Shown one piece after another: positions 47,120 through 56,362 of a stretch of 64,000 nt of DNA. The notes beneath the pieces are model-generated. The model had not been told where the DNA came from. It made no database searches and saw nothing but the letters and a program-made list of their open reading frames with translations. How positions within the stretch are numbered: position 1 is the first letter of the stretch; every line of letters begins with the position of its first letter. The DNA comes from Candidatus Tayloriibacteriota bacterium (lineage in GTDB: Bacteria > Patescibacteriota > Minisyncoccia > Phycocordibacterales > PALSA-1337). The stretch is taken from NCBI GenBank assembly GCA_031384385.1, contig JANNAN010000013.1, positions 6,015 through 70,014 of the forward strand. The letters are read 5' to 3'. The translations under genes were made by a program, and so were the position numbers.

Positions 47120-47437
47120 ATGACTGACGAAGAAAAAAATGGAATATGGGCAGAACTAGAAAAAAAATCTCCTGATTTGATCAAGGCTTTTCTATCGCTT
47201 AAGAACGAAGATGAGCTAAAGGCATTTTTTAGAGATCTTATGAGTGAAAGAGATTTACGAGAGTTTGCGATGAGGTGGGAGGTGGCGAAGAAACTAGACG
47301 CCGGTACTCCATTTTCGCAGATTCAGGAAGAATCTGGTGAATCACCAGTAACAATCACAAAGATCAACCGATGGTTGAAGGAAGGTTGTGGTGGATATAA
47401 AATGATGATTGATCGACTCAATGGTGATCAAAAATAA
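47120..47437 (+). CDS. YerC/YecD-family TrpR-like protein
   Basis: FAMRWEVAKKLDAGTPFSQIQEESGESPVTITKINRWLKEGCGGYKMMIDRL matches the YerC/YecD helix-turn-helix family signature (RW.VA..L..G..Y..I...G.S..TI.R....L..G.GGY). Confidence 0.6.
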   Translation: MTDEEKNGIWAELEKKSPDLIKAFLSLKNEDELKAFFRDLMSERDLREFAMRWEVAKKLDAGTPFSQIQEESGESPVTITKINRWLKEGCGGYKMMIDRLNGDQK

Positions 47438-47519
47438 TTCGCACTTCCGCAAATTAAAGTATAGACTAAGGATTGATTCAGTCAGTTCTTTTTAACAACT
47501 CAACCAAAGGGAGGCTCCC

Positions 47520-48518
47520 ATGCAAACAGTCGATCAGACTCATGGGACCTACGTGGTTACCTATGATGTCGCTAGTCGCATTCAATCATTCCGCTCGAAA
47601 GGTTTTCATGTCCCGAATCAAAATGATTCAATGTTCGATAGATTCCACCTGCGTCTTCTTGAAACGATGCAAGATGCTCTACCAGGTGTGATGATTGACT
47701 CTATTGATATGAGCAAGCTTCGGCTTGAAATCTGGGAACAGGTGGAGGGTCGAATGGTAGATCTCAATCGTCAGGCTGTTCTCAGTACATGCCCAGAAAT
47801 CGCTGATTCGAATCCTAAAAGCGAGGGTTTGTTACTTAACGTCAACCGACTGTTCGACAAGAACGGACAGTTGATTGGGTACGGTCCTCGTCCTGGATTT
47901 GAATTGTTGACAAATCAACTTGATAAATTGGCAAGAAAAATTGCCGGCCGATCCGTCATTCTCATCGAGGACGGCGCATTTACTGGTGGCACTCTCAGCT
48001 TTGTTTTGAAGGAGCTCGAGAGTCGAGGTATTAAGGTCACTGCCATAATTATTGGTTTCTGCTGTAATGGCTCGCGAACTGTTCTCCGGAAGGCGTTCAG
48101 TGAAGAGCTTGTTATGGTACATCCGGTCACTGATTTGGTGGACTGGATTCCTGACCATGATCTCATTCCGTTCATTCCGAATTGTGGACGTGTCCTCGGT
48201 GAACATTCGATGCAAGGCTATATGCCGATCCGAACGGTCAGTGGTTTCAGTTGTGCTTATCCCTACATTCTTCCTTTCGGCAGGATCGAGGAGTGGGCGA
48301 GTCTACCGGACGAAGGCGCTCGAGCTGTATCGAGACTTTGTCTTGATACTAGTATCGAAATCTTCAGCCATGTAGGGTGTAAAATCACGATAGGAAAGCT
48401 TCTGGAACTGAATCCGAGGGTCTCATTGCCTATCAGGATCGGTTCTCATGAGGTGTTGCCTGCCTTGGATATGGAGATTGTTAGCTTTTTGAAGCAGATG
48501 CGAGAAAAGCTAGAATAG
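47520..48518 (+). CDS. phosphoribosyltransferase-domain protein (type I PRTase fold with N- and C-terminal extensions)
   Basis: AAGGGAGG RBS. PRPP-binding loop VILIEDGAFTGGTL. Function of extensions unknown. Confidence 0.5.
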   Translation: MQTVDQTHGTYVVTYDVASRIQSFRSKGFHVPNQNDSMFDRFHLRLLETMQDALPGVMIDSIDMSKLRLEIWEQVEGRMVDLNRQAVLSTCPEIADSNPKSEGLLLNVNRLFDKNGQLIGYGPRPGFELLTNQLDKLARKIAGRSVILIEDGAFTGGTLSFVLKELESRGIKVTAIIIGFCCNGSRTVLRKAFSEELVMVHPVTDLVDWIPDHDLIPFIPNCGRVLGEHSMQGYMPIRTVSGFSCAYPYILPFGRIEEWASLPDEGARAVSRLCLDTSIEIFSHVGCKITIGKLLELNPRVSLPIRIGSHEVLPALDMEIVSFLKQMREKLE

Positions 48519-48540
48519 ACCTCCTATTTTCCATGAAAAA

Positions 48541-48577
48541 TCAGTCGCATTGCTCAAAAGGTAGTGCGATTTTTTTC
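48541..48577 (+). terminator. rho-independent terminator
   Basis: TCGCA..TGCGA hairpin followed by TTTTTTT. Confidence 0.5.
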
Positions 48578-48890
48578 TAAATTGTCATTAAACCCTTATT
48601 CTTGTTGACATAATAGATATTTTACTCTGCATATTACTATCCAATGAAATATCCTTCTTGACAATGGTTAAGCACTACACTAGGATGTAGTGACAACCGA
48701 ATATGAATCCATTGCCCCGAAAGGGATCAGGCCATAGTGGCCGGATGCTACCGATGGACTTTTGATTAACATTGCCTTGCTATTTCCAAAAAGATAGGGG
48801 AAAATGTAAATGATGTGGTCGCAAGACTACGTCTCCCTAGCTAGGGAATGACAAGACGCTCATTGAGCTGACAGCCACCAAAAGTCCACT

Positions 48891-49898
48891 TTGAGTAGCA
48901 TCGAGTGGGCTTTTTGGTTGGCTATTATGTTATTCAAAGATGCAATAAACGAATTCAGTGGCTGGAGACAGATCAAGGTTTCCGGTCACACAGTTATAAG
49001 ATACGATAAAGTATTGAAGATTTTTTGTCTGTACCTACGCAACCCACACATTGAAGCCATAACGCTCAATGATGTGATGAATTATTTGAATATGATGAAG
49101 GAGCTCGGATGGAAACGAAACGGCATAATAATTGTAACTTTGGCGCTAAAGAAATTCTTTGAGTTTTATAACTTGCAGAAGTTCAACGTAATCAATGAAT
49201 CTCTCATACCCACCCCTCGCAAAGAATACAACATACCACGCATCGCAACAGAGCAAGGATATAAAAAACTTATTAACTCGATACCGAAGGACAATAAACC
49301 ACATCACATTAGGAACCGCGCATTGATGGCTTTACTCTGGGATACTGGTGCTCGAAATGGGGAGATCATATCACTCAATGTAAGTGACCTTGATTTAAAC
49401 AAAAGGACTGCGTTGATCAGAACTGAAAAGTCCCGCGGACGTAGACCGATCCGTGAAATATTCTGGACACCGAGTACGAATGCGCTCTTGAAAAGATGGG
49501 TGAAGAAAAGAAAGTATTTGTTACAACTCTTCACCTTTGAAGATCTCGATTCATTATTTGTATCAATTTCTAAATGCGGTCAAAATGCTGTCAGGGGACG
49601 TAGAATGTCCGTTGTTGGTGTTGCTGAAATGTTGCGCACTAATTCTAACCGTGCAGGTATACCAACCTTGAATGCACACTCGATGAGACATTTCATGGGG
49701 CGAGATATTGTGAATAGGGGTGGATCAAATTCTGATGTCTCAAACATTCTTGGCCACTCTAGTCTAGAAAGTTCGATGATTTACACTATGATGACAGGTC
49801 CCGATCTTCACAGGAGATACGATATGTTTCGGGATGTGCCGAGGAACCAGAGAGCAAAGAAATATAAAATTCCCAGAACAAGAGCTATTCATTGCTAA
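48891..49898 (+). CDS. tyrosine site-specific recombinase / integrase
   Basis: 335 aa. Catalytic R..HxxR..Y region (HSMRHFMGR, ILGHSS, IYT). At the island end adjacent to displaced gap-terminus copies. Confidence 0.75.
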   Translation: MSSIEWAFWLAIMLFKDAINEFSGWRQIKVSGHTVIRYDKVLKIFCLYLRNPHIEAITLNDVMNYLNMMKELGWKRNGIIIVTLALKKFFEFYNLQKFNVINESLIPTPRKEYNIPRIATEQGYKKLINSIPKDNKPHHIRNRALMALLWDTGARNGEIISLNVSDLDLNKRTALIRTEKSRGRRPIREIFWTPSTNALLKRWVKKRKYLLQLFTFEDLDSLFVSISKCGQNAVRGRRMSVVGVAEMLRTNSNRAGIPTLNAHSMRHFMGRDIVNRGGSNSDVSNILGHSSLESSMIYTMMTGPDLHRRYDMFRDVPRNQRAKKYKIPRTRAIHC

Positions 49899-49921
49899 CA
49901 TACGTCTGTTATAATAACCCT

Positions 49922-50065
49922 GTGAAAAATAAAGCAGCACAGCAACTTGGTCGTAAGGGCGGATCAACAACGATTCGCAAGTATGGCAAAAGACACTTCA
50001 GCCGAATGGGGAAGCTGAGTGGTAAGAAAAGGCGAAGTAAGGCCATAAAAGAGGCCGTATTTTGA
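49922..50065 (+). CDS. 47-aa basic KGG-repeat-like small protein
   Basis: GTG start. GRKGGSTTIRKYGKRHFSRMGKLSGKKRRSK. Followed by AACGCTTG..CAAGCGTT hairpin. Confidence 0.3.
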   Translation: MKNKAAQQLGRKGGSTTIRKYGKRHFSRMGKLSGKKRRSKAIKEAVF

Positions 50066-50262
50066 CGCTTGCTATTAAACAAGCGTTTGTTTATGATGAT
50101 GTTAACGAACTTTGACAGCTGAATTTCAAATCCTCGCTCGCCTTTCAAGATCACAATTTCATTGCTATTTTGGAAGACGAGCGTACTAGGAATTTAAATC
50201 AAATTGAATCCCGTGTTAAAATAAAGTTATGAAAAAGTCGAAAAACACGGAAAATCTGCCAG

Positions 50263-50336
50263 CATGGTACCGATGTGAAATGGGGTATACGTATACTCTG
50301 GTACGGCACGTAATTGAAGCTGGAAAATTGATTTAA
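50263..50336 (+). repeat. diverged copy B of the gap 3' terminus (encodes AWYRCEMGYTYTLVRHVIEAGKLI-stop), displaced att-associated remnant
   Basis: ~60% nt identity but conserved translation relative to gap 27165-27239. Confidence 0.6.
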
Positions 50337-50342
50337 CCTAAA

Positions 50343-50534
50343 ATGAAGATACTAAAAATAATTTTAAGTGTAATAATCTTGTATCTAGTACTTTCATTTT
50401 TCCTGCCAATTTTTCCTCACTGGACTAAACACAGCTATACTGGCGGTGGGGTTGCTGGCGGTGTCTTTACCAACATCTGGTATACGGTGAGCTGGGATAC
50501 CTTGACGGTATCAATAGTAACCGAACAAAAATGA
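50343..50534 (+). CDS. 63-aa small membrane protein between the two displaced gap-terminus copies
   Basis: AT-rich, hydrophobic N-terminus. May be relic cargo of an older insertion. Confidence 0.3.
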   Translation: MKILKIILSVIILYLVLSFFLPIFPHWTKHSYTGGGVAGGVFTNIWYTVSWDTLTVSIVTEQK

Positions 50535-50608
50535 CTTGGTACGACAATGAAGTAAGGTATACATATACACTGGTGGATCATGTGGTAAAGATGGGGAGAC
50601 TTGTTTAA
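50534..50608 (+). repeat. copy C of the gap 3' terminus (TWYDNEVRYTYTLVDHVVKMGRLV-stop), host-like AT-rich codons. Probable original gene end displaced by integration
   Basis: 15/16 identity to gap over CTTGGTAYGACAATGA (candidate core), then diverges. Codon usage matches backbone. Confidence 0.6.
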
Positions 50609-50768
50609 TTAAATTAAATTTAACTCATAATCTAAGCCATAAAATTTCTACTCGATAGACACATTCTATTTTCTATTGTTGAACCACCAAAATCCTCAAA
50701 ATCTTTATCATTTCTTTATCTCACTTATGTACAATTTATGATATTATTAATTTTAAACATAAATAAAA

Positions 50769-51050
50769 ATGTTGCATACACAATTAGATACAGGTTTTGT
50801 TACTAGATTAGAGTTCAATGAATTTAAAAATATGAACGAGTTAAATTTTACTAAAATTGATGAGAATTTCTTTAAAATAGATAAGAAATTTGATTATCTA
50901 ACAGAAACCATGATCAATGGTTTTGATAGAATTTACGATAGAATTGATGTAAAATTTTGGGAAGTTGATAAAAGATTTGATAAATTAGAAAGAGATATGA
51001 ATCTTATTAAAAAGCATTTCGGAATAAAAGATGCTACAATAAATGCATAA
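50769..51050 (+). CDS. hypothetical protein
   Basis: 93 aa, Asp/Lys/Phe-rich. Confidence 0.4.
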   Translation: MLHTQLDTGFVTRLEFNEFKNMNELNFTKIDENFFKIDKKFDYLTETMINGFDRIYDRIDVKFWEVDKRFDKLERDMNLIKKHFGIKDATINA

Positions 51051-51504
51051 AATTATGAAAATATTACTTGCAGCAGATCATGCTGGATTTGAGTTAAAAA
51101 ATAAGATTTTTGCTTTTTTAAAGCAAGAAGGTTTTGATGTCGAAGATTTGGGTGCGGCTACTTTTATGCCTGATGATAATTATCCTGAAATTATGATTCC
51201 TGTAGCAATGAGAGTTTTACATGATCCAGAAAATACAAAAGCAATTATTTTTGGTAAATCTGGACAGGGTGAGGCAATGGTTGTTAATCGTTTTCCTGGA
51301 ATTCGTGCTGCTGTTTATTATGGTAAAAATCCTCAAATGATTAAACTTTCAAAAGAGCACAATGATGCTAATATTCTTTCAATCGGAGCTCAATTTGTAG
51401 ACGAAGAAGAAGCAAAAGAGATCGTAAAGCTTTGGATAGCTACACCATTCAGTGGTGATGAAAGACATTTAAAAAGAATTGAGCAAATGGATAATATTCA
51501 ATAA
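51043..51504 (+). CDS. rpiB: ribose-5-phosphate isomerase B (RpiB/LacAB family)
   Basis: MKILLAADHAGFELK..IFGKSGQGEAMV motifs. Confidence 0.8.
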   Translation: MHKIMKILLAADHAGFELKNKIFAFLKQEGFDVEDLGAATFMPDDNYPEIMIPVAMRVLHDPENTKAIIFGKSGQGEAMVVNRFPGIRAAVYYGKNPQMIKLSKEHNDANILSIGAQFVDEEEAKEIVKLWIATPFSGDERHLKRIEQMDNIQ

Positions 51505-51522
51505 TTTAATTATATTAATAAT

Positions 51523-52200
51523 ATGGAAATAATTCCTGCAATACTACCAAAGAATTTTAAAGAAATTGAAGAAAAAATTGAGCTTTTAATTAATAATTCT
51601 GAAATGGTTCAAATTGATATTTGTGATGGTAAATTTGTACCAACTACAACTTGGCCGTATTGGAAAGCTGATGAAAATTTTGAATCAATTTTACGCGAAG
51701 AAAGGGGAATGCCAGCTTGGGAAAATATAAATTACGAATTTGATTTAATGATTAATAATCCTACTGTTGATGATGCCAGAAAATGGCTATCAGCTGGAGC
51801 GGAGAGAATTGTTTTACACTTGGCTAGTTCAAAGGATTTAAATCCAATAATAGAGATTTTAAAAGGTCTTGTAGAAATTGGTATTGCTATAAATAATAAT
51901 GCTAATATTGAAGATTTGAAAAAATATTCTGATAAAATTCAATTTATTCAAATAATGGGAATTAGAAAGGCTGGTTTTCAGAGACAAAAATTTGAAGCAA
52001 ATACAGTAGATAAGATAAAAGAAGTAAAAATAATGTTTCCAAATTTAAAAATACAAGTTGACGGTGGTGTTTCCTTAGAAAATGCACCATTATTAAAGCA
52101 TGCTGGAGTGGATACTTTGATAATAGGTTCTGCTATATTTGGTCGTGATAATTCTATTGAGGAAGTTGTGGATAATATTGAACAATTTAAAAAGATTTAA
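51523..52200 (+). CDS. rpe: ribulose-phosphate 3-epimerase
   Basis: ILPKNF..DICDGKFVP..DGGV TIM-barrel epimerase motifs. Confidence 0.8.
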   Translation: MEIIPAILPKNFKEIEEKIELLINNSEMVQIDICDGKFVPTTTWPYWKADENFESILREERGMPAWENINYEFDLMINNPTVDDARKWLSAGAERIVLHLASSKDLNPIIEILKGLVEIGIAINNNANIEDLKKYSDKIQFIQIMGIRKAGFQRQKFEANTVDKIKEVKIMFPNLKIQVDGGVSLENAPLLKHAGVDTLIIGSAIFGRDNSIEEVVDNIEQFKKI

Positions 52201-52227
52201 TATATAGCATTATGCTATAATATTTGT

Positions 52228-53088
52228 ATGCTCCTTAAACCTCTAACAGACGAAAAAGCGCAATTGCTTTTTGAAAAAGCGCATGCCATTCGACAGTCTA
52301 TTGTTGAAATGCTAATAGAAGCAAAATCCGGTCATACAGCAGGTCCTCTAGATATGGCTGATATATTTTCATATTTATATTTTCATGCTTTAAAATATGA
52401 TCCGAAGAAACCAAATTGGGAATATAGAGATCGTTTGGTACTTTCTAATGGCCATATTTGTCCTGTGCTTTATGCAACAATGGCACATGCTGGATATTTT
52501 CCACTTTCAACTTTAAAAACTTTAAGAAAATTTAATTCAAAACTCCAAGGTCATCCACATAGAGAATTTTTACCAGCTTTGGAAAATTCCTCTGGCCCAC
52601 TTGGTGCTGGTCTTTCACAAATAGTTGGAATGGCAATTGCTGAAAGAATTGATTTTGGAAAAACTTCAGGAAAGCAATTTATTTGCTTAATGGGAGATGG
52701 GGAATTAAATGAAGGACAAAATTGGGAGGCGATAATGTTGGCTGGAAAAGAAAAATTACAAAATGTTATTGTTTTTGTTGATAGAAATAATATTCAAATA
52801 GATGGATTTACAGAAGATGTGATGCCGTTAAATCCTCTGACTGATAAATGGAGAGCATTTAATTGGCATGTTCAAGAAATCGATGGACATAATTTTAGAG
52901 CAATTGATCAGGCTTATACTCAGGCATTGTCAGTATTTGATAAACCATCAGTAATTATTGCAAATACTATTTCATCAAAGGGAATTCCAGCTTTTGAAAG
53001 AAAATATGAATGGCATGGTAAGCCACCGACAACAGAAGAGGAAATTAGGACAGCAAGAAAAGCGTTGGGGATTATTAGTCATAATTAA
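52228..53088 (+). CDS. transketolase, N-terminal (TPP-binding) subunit
   Basis: GHTAGPLDMADI, GDGELNEGQNWEA. Split-type transketolase. Confidence 0.8.
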   Translation: MLLKPLTDEKAQLLFEKAHAIRQSIVEMLIEAKSGHTAGPLDMADIFSYLYFHALKYDPKKPNWEYRDRLVLSNGHICPVLYATMAHAGYFPLSTLKTLRKFNSKLQGHPHREFLPALENSSGPLGAGLSQIVGMAIAERIDFGKTSGKQFICLMGDGELNEGQNWEAIMLAGKEKLQNVIVFVDRNNIQIDGFTEDVMPLNPLTDKWRAFNWHVQEIDGHNFRAIDQAYTQALSVFDKPSVIIANTISSKGIPAFERKYEWHGKPPTTEEEIRTARKALGIISHN

Positions 53089-53093
53089 ATTAT

Positions 53094-53372
53094 ATGAATA
53101 AAAAGATTAAAAGTATTATTTATTTGATAATTGCATGTGTTCCAGCTCTTTTGTTTGGTCTAACTGGAACTATTTTTAAATATATTGGCTCAGCATTTTT
53201 AGCAAAATATTGGACTATTCTTTTCTTTTTAATTCCACTCTTTGCATTGATTTCTTTTATTTATTCATTACTATCAATAAAAGAGGACAAGAAAATGATT
53301 ATTGTATCCATAATAGATATTATTCTGATTGGAATATTTATTTTTGGTTTATATTTAGGATTACGTATTTAG
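53094..53372 (+). CDS. small membrane protein (paralog 1 of 3)
   Basis: 92 aa, three hydrophobic helices. Confidence 0.4.
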   Translation: MNKKIKSIIYLIIACVPALLFGLTGTIFKYIGSAFLAKYWTILFFLIPLFALISFIYSLLSIKEDKKMIIVSIIDIILIGIFIFGLYLGLRI

Positions 53373-53378
53373 TATTAT

Positions 53379-53615
53379 ATGAAAAACAAAAAGAATTATA
53401 TATTATTTGGTGGATTGATAAGTGCAGTGTTAGTTTTTCTTTATCAATATGTAATTGTCACATTTCGTATAGAACTTCCTGTGGATGGTATATTAATTCA
53501 ATTGGCTTCATTTGTATCCAATCCTTGGTTCTTTCCTGTTAATATATTAGTAATATTTGCAGTAGGTGGACTTATAGGTTATATATTTGGAATGATTAAG
53601 AATAGAAATAAATAA
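53379..53615 (+). CDS. small membrane protein (paralog 2 of 3)
   Basis: 78 aa. Shares N-terminal K-Y-L-GGL and C-terminal IKNRNK with 53621-53908. Confidence 0.4.
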   Translation: MKNKKNYILFGGLISAVLVFLYQYVIVTFRIELPVDGILIQLASFVSNPWFFPVNILVIFAVGGLIGYIFGMIKNRNK

Positions 53616-53620
53616 ATTAT

Positions 53621-53908
53621 ATGCAAAATAATAAAAAATATTGGTTGAGGGGAGGAACAGTTGGATTAATTATATCAATTATAATTTTAATTTTGATTCT
53701 TCTAAGCCCAGTATACTGTGTTGGTCTCAGTGTTGATGGAACAGGATGTACTTCACCTCAAGGTATTGAAGCTATAATCTATAATATAAATTTAATGGCG
53801 AATTATTTAGGACAGTTGCTGTTCTATTTTGTAATTCTACCAATCTTAATCTGCATATTTTTCGGCTGGCTTTACGGCAAAATTAAGAATAGAAATAAGT
53901 CTATTTAA
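53621..53908 (+). CDS. small membrane protein (paralog 3 of 3)
   Basis: 95 aa. C-terminal GKIKNRNKSI. Confidence 0.4.
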   Translation: MQNNKKYWLRGGTVGLIISIIILILILLSPVYCVGLSVDGTGCTSPQGIEAIIYNINLMANYLGQLLFYFVILPILICIFFGWLYGKIKNRNKSI

Positions 53909-54013
53909 ATTTTAGAAAACCTTAAAGTATATCACAACATCGTTCAAGAAACGCTGGAATTTTTGTGATTTTTTACCTATACATATTTAATTCAACTGAT
54001 AGAGTATCTGTGT

Positions 54014-54331
54014 ATGGAAATAATTTATTATAATGAAAAAGTTATTAAGTTTATAAAAGATTTGGATCTTGAAACTATGGCACGCATTGATAAGACAAGG
54101 GAAGTTTTAGAAAAACTTGGCCATCTTATTGATATGCCAGATTCGAAAAGTCTAGGTATGGGTTTATTTGAGTTGCGTATATTGGGGAAAAAACAAGTCA
54201 GAATATTATATGTATTCAAGAATAATAAAGCATATATTTTACATGGTTTTGTAAAGAAAACTTGGAAAATACCATATCGTGAAATTAAATATGCAAGAAA
54301 AATTCAAAAAGAGATTAATAAACTTGTATAA
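54014..54331 (+). CDS. HigB/RelE-superfamily (Gp49-like) toxin
   Basis: LGMGLFELRILGKKQVRILYVFKNNKAYILHGFVKK matches the Gp49/HigB-like family. Confidence 0.55.
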   Translation: MEIIYYNEKVIKFIKDLDLETMARIDKTREVLEKLGHLIDMPDSKSLGMGLFELRILGKKQVRILYVFKNNKAYILHGFVKKTWKIPYREIKYARKIQKEINKLV

Positions 54332-54360
54332 TATAACATATATGTGATATTATTAATATC

Positions 54361-54627
54361 ATGAAAACAGGAAAACAATTACATGAAGAGTTAATAAAGA
54401 ATTCAAAATATAAGAAAGCTTATGATGATTTGGAAATAGAATTCAGAATATATGAAGCATTAATCAGGACTCGCATCGAAAAGAAACTTACTCAAAAACA
54501 ATTAGCAGAAAAATTAGGCATCGCCCAATCAGCTCTTGCGCGTTTTGAATCAGGAAGAACAAATCCCACCCTTTCATTTCTTCAAAAAGTAACTAGAGGT
54601 CTTGGTTTAAAGTTAACAATTATATAG
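54361..54627 (+). CDS. XRE-family HTH antitoxin (HigA-like)
   Basis: LTQKQLAEKLGIAQSALARFESGRTNPTLSFLQKV helix-turn-helix. Confidence 0.55.
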   Translation: MKTGKQLHEELIKNSKYKKAYDDLEIEFRIYEALIRTRIEKKLTQKQLAEKLGIAQSALARFESGRTNPTLSFLQKVTRGLGLKLTII

Positions 54628-54661
54628 TTTTAATTATTTTAATATAGGTTATAATTAATCC

Positions 54662-55663
54662 ATGTTAAATCCCCATCAAAAATTAAATCCAGAAATATTT
54701 GAAAAAAATAATAAGCAAATTCCTATTCGTAGGGGATTTGGCGAGGGTTTAGTTCTTGCTGCGGATATGAATAAAAATATTGTTGGACTTTGTTCTGATC
54801 TTACAGAATCTACAACAATGAATTTATTCAAAGAAAAATATCCAGATAGATTTATTGAAATAGGAATTGCTGAACAAAATATGGCATCAGTAGCTTCTGG
54901 AATGGCAGCAATGGGAAAGATTCCATTTATAACTTCGTATGCAATGTTTAGTCCTGGAAGAAATTGGGAACAGATCCGAACTACTATTTGTTATAACGAT
55001 AGATCAGTAAAAATTGCAGGTTCTCATGCTGGAGTTTCTGTTGGGCCAGATGGGGGAACTCATCAAGCAATTGAGGATATTGCTATTACTCGTGTAATTC
55101 CAAATATGGTTGTGATTTCTCCTTGCGACGCTATTGAGGCTAGAAAAGCAACAATGGCTTGTTCACAAACAAAAGAGCCAACTTATATTCGTTTAGCAAG
55201 AAATGCCACACCTCTGATTACAACAGATGAAAGTCCTTTTGAAATTGGTAAAGCACAATTACTTTTTGAACCAGAAAAAAACAAAAAAGCTGAAGTAGGA
55301 ATAATCGCAACCGGTGCATTAGTACATAAGGCATTAAAAGTTGCACAAGCTTTGGAAAAAGAAGGGAAATTTGTAAAAGTTTTAAATTTATCAACAATTA
55401 AGCCATTGGATGAAAATACTATTTGGACTTTAGCCCATGAAGCTGGTGCGATAGTTACTGTAGAAGAACATCAAATTGCTGGTGGTATGGGTTCTGCTAT
55501 TGCTGAATGTATTGCAAAACATTATCCAGTGCCGATAGAATTTATTGGTATAAAAGATAAATTTGGGCAATCAGGAACTCCAGAAGAATTAATTGAATAT
55601 TATGGAATGGGCGAAAAGGATATTAAAGAAGCAGTAATAAAGGTTATGTTAAGAAAAAAATAA
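54662..55663 (+). CDS. transketolase, C-terminal (pyrimidine-binding) subunit
   Basis: Pyr and C-terminal domains. 1.5 kb downstream of the N-subunit gene. Confidence 0.8.
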   Translation: MLNPHQKLNPEIFEKNNKQIPIRRGFGEGLVLAADMNKNIVGLCSDLTESTTMNLFKEKYPDRFIEIGIAEQNMASVASGMAAMGKIPFITSYAMFSPGRNWEQIRTTICYNDRSVKIAGSHAGVSVGPDGGTHQAIEDIAITRVIPNMVVISPCDAIEARKATMACSQTKEPTYIRLARNATPLITTDESPFEIGKAQLLFEPEKNKKAEVGIIATGALVHKALKVAQALEKEGKFVKVLNLSTIKPLDENTIWTLAHEAGAIVTVEEHQIAGGMGSAIAECIAKHYPVPIEFIGIKDKFGQSGTPEELIEYYGMGEKDIKEAVIKVMLRKK

Positions 55664-55686
55664 TATTACTATATTACTATACTACT

Positions 55687-55965
55687 ATGTCATATTATGA
55701 TTTCTTAGATAAAAAATCCTTTCTGAAAACACAAAAAAAGCCATTGATTTTACTATCCTCAATTTTATTATTTGTAATTATTGTTTCTTGTATAATTAAA
55801 TTTGGTATTAATAATGTTGAAGAAAAACAAACAAAGCCGATACAAAATTATAAAGTTCTTACTAAAGAGGATGAGTTACAGCTTTTAAATAGAATAGCAA
55901 CGGGAACACCTGTGAATAAATTAACAAAAGAACAAGAAGAGCAACTTTCATCAAGAATTAAATAA
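55687..55965 (+). CDS. hypothetical membrane-anchored protein
   Basis: 92 aa, single TM then charged tail. Confidence 0.35.
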   Translation: MSYYDFLDKKSFLKTQKKPLILLSSILLFVIIVSCIIKFGINNVEEKQTKPIQNYKVLTKEDELQLLNRIATGTPVNKLTKEQEEQLSSRIK

Positions 55966-55971
55966 AAATTT

Positions 55972-56358
55972 ATGAAAAATCAAATCACACAAAATATAAA
56001 AGCAATAATACTAGGACTAGTCATAGCTGTCGGTGCTGGATATGTATCAGCTTGGACACCCCCTACATTACCACCTACAGGGGGAAACGTGGCTGCACCT
56101 ATTAATGTTTCAAATACATTACAACATAAATATGGAAGTCTAATTTTGAATGAAAGTACGGCTGGTATTTCACCATTTGCAACTGGGTTGGTTGTTTTAA
56201 ATGGCAATATGGGAATTGGGACATCTTCACCTTCAAAAAAGCTAGAGGTTGTGGGAGGATCTATAAAAGCAACTGGTGGATTGATACTAGAAACTAGAGC
56301 TACTGATCCAGCAGCTGCAAGTGTAGAGACAGGAAGAATGTGGTTAATCACAAACTAG
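55972..56358 (+). CDS. hypothetical secreted protein with GIGTSSPSKKLEV motif
   Basis: Signal anchor. NMGIGTSSPSKKLEVVGG resembles a motif seen in some tail-fibre and surface proteins. Recalled similarity only. Confidence 0.35.
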   Translation: MKNQITQNIKAIILGLVIAVGAGYVSAWTPPTLPPTGGNVAAPINVSNTLQHKYGSLILNESTAGISPFATGLVVLNGNMGIGTSSPSKKLEVVGGSIKATGGLILETRATDPAAASVETGRMWLITN

Positions 56359-56362
56359 ATAA

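Larger units (their letters stand above)
27165..50608. mobile_element. integrated genomic island / degraded prophage-like integrative element inserted in the 3' end of gap (tandem accretion)
   Basis: Sharp compositional shift (host ~30% GC, island 40-52% GC, mosaic). Phage-like replication/recombination genes, IS, tyrosine integrase at right end. Bounded by the current gap terminus (27165-27239) and two diverged displaced copies of the same terminus (50263-50336, 50534-50608). Confidence 0.6.
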
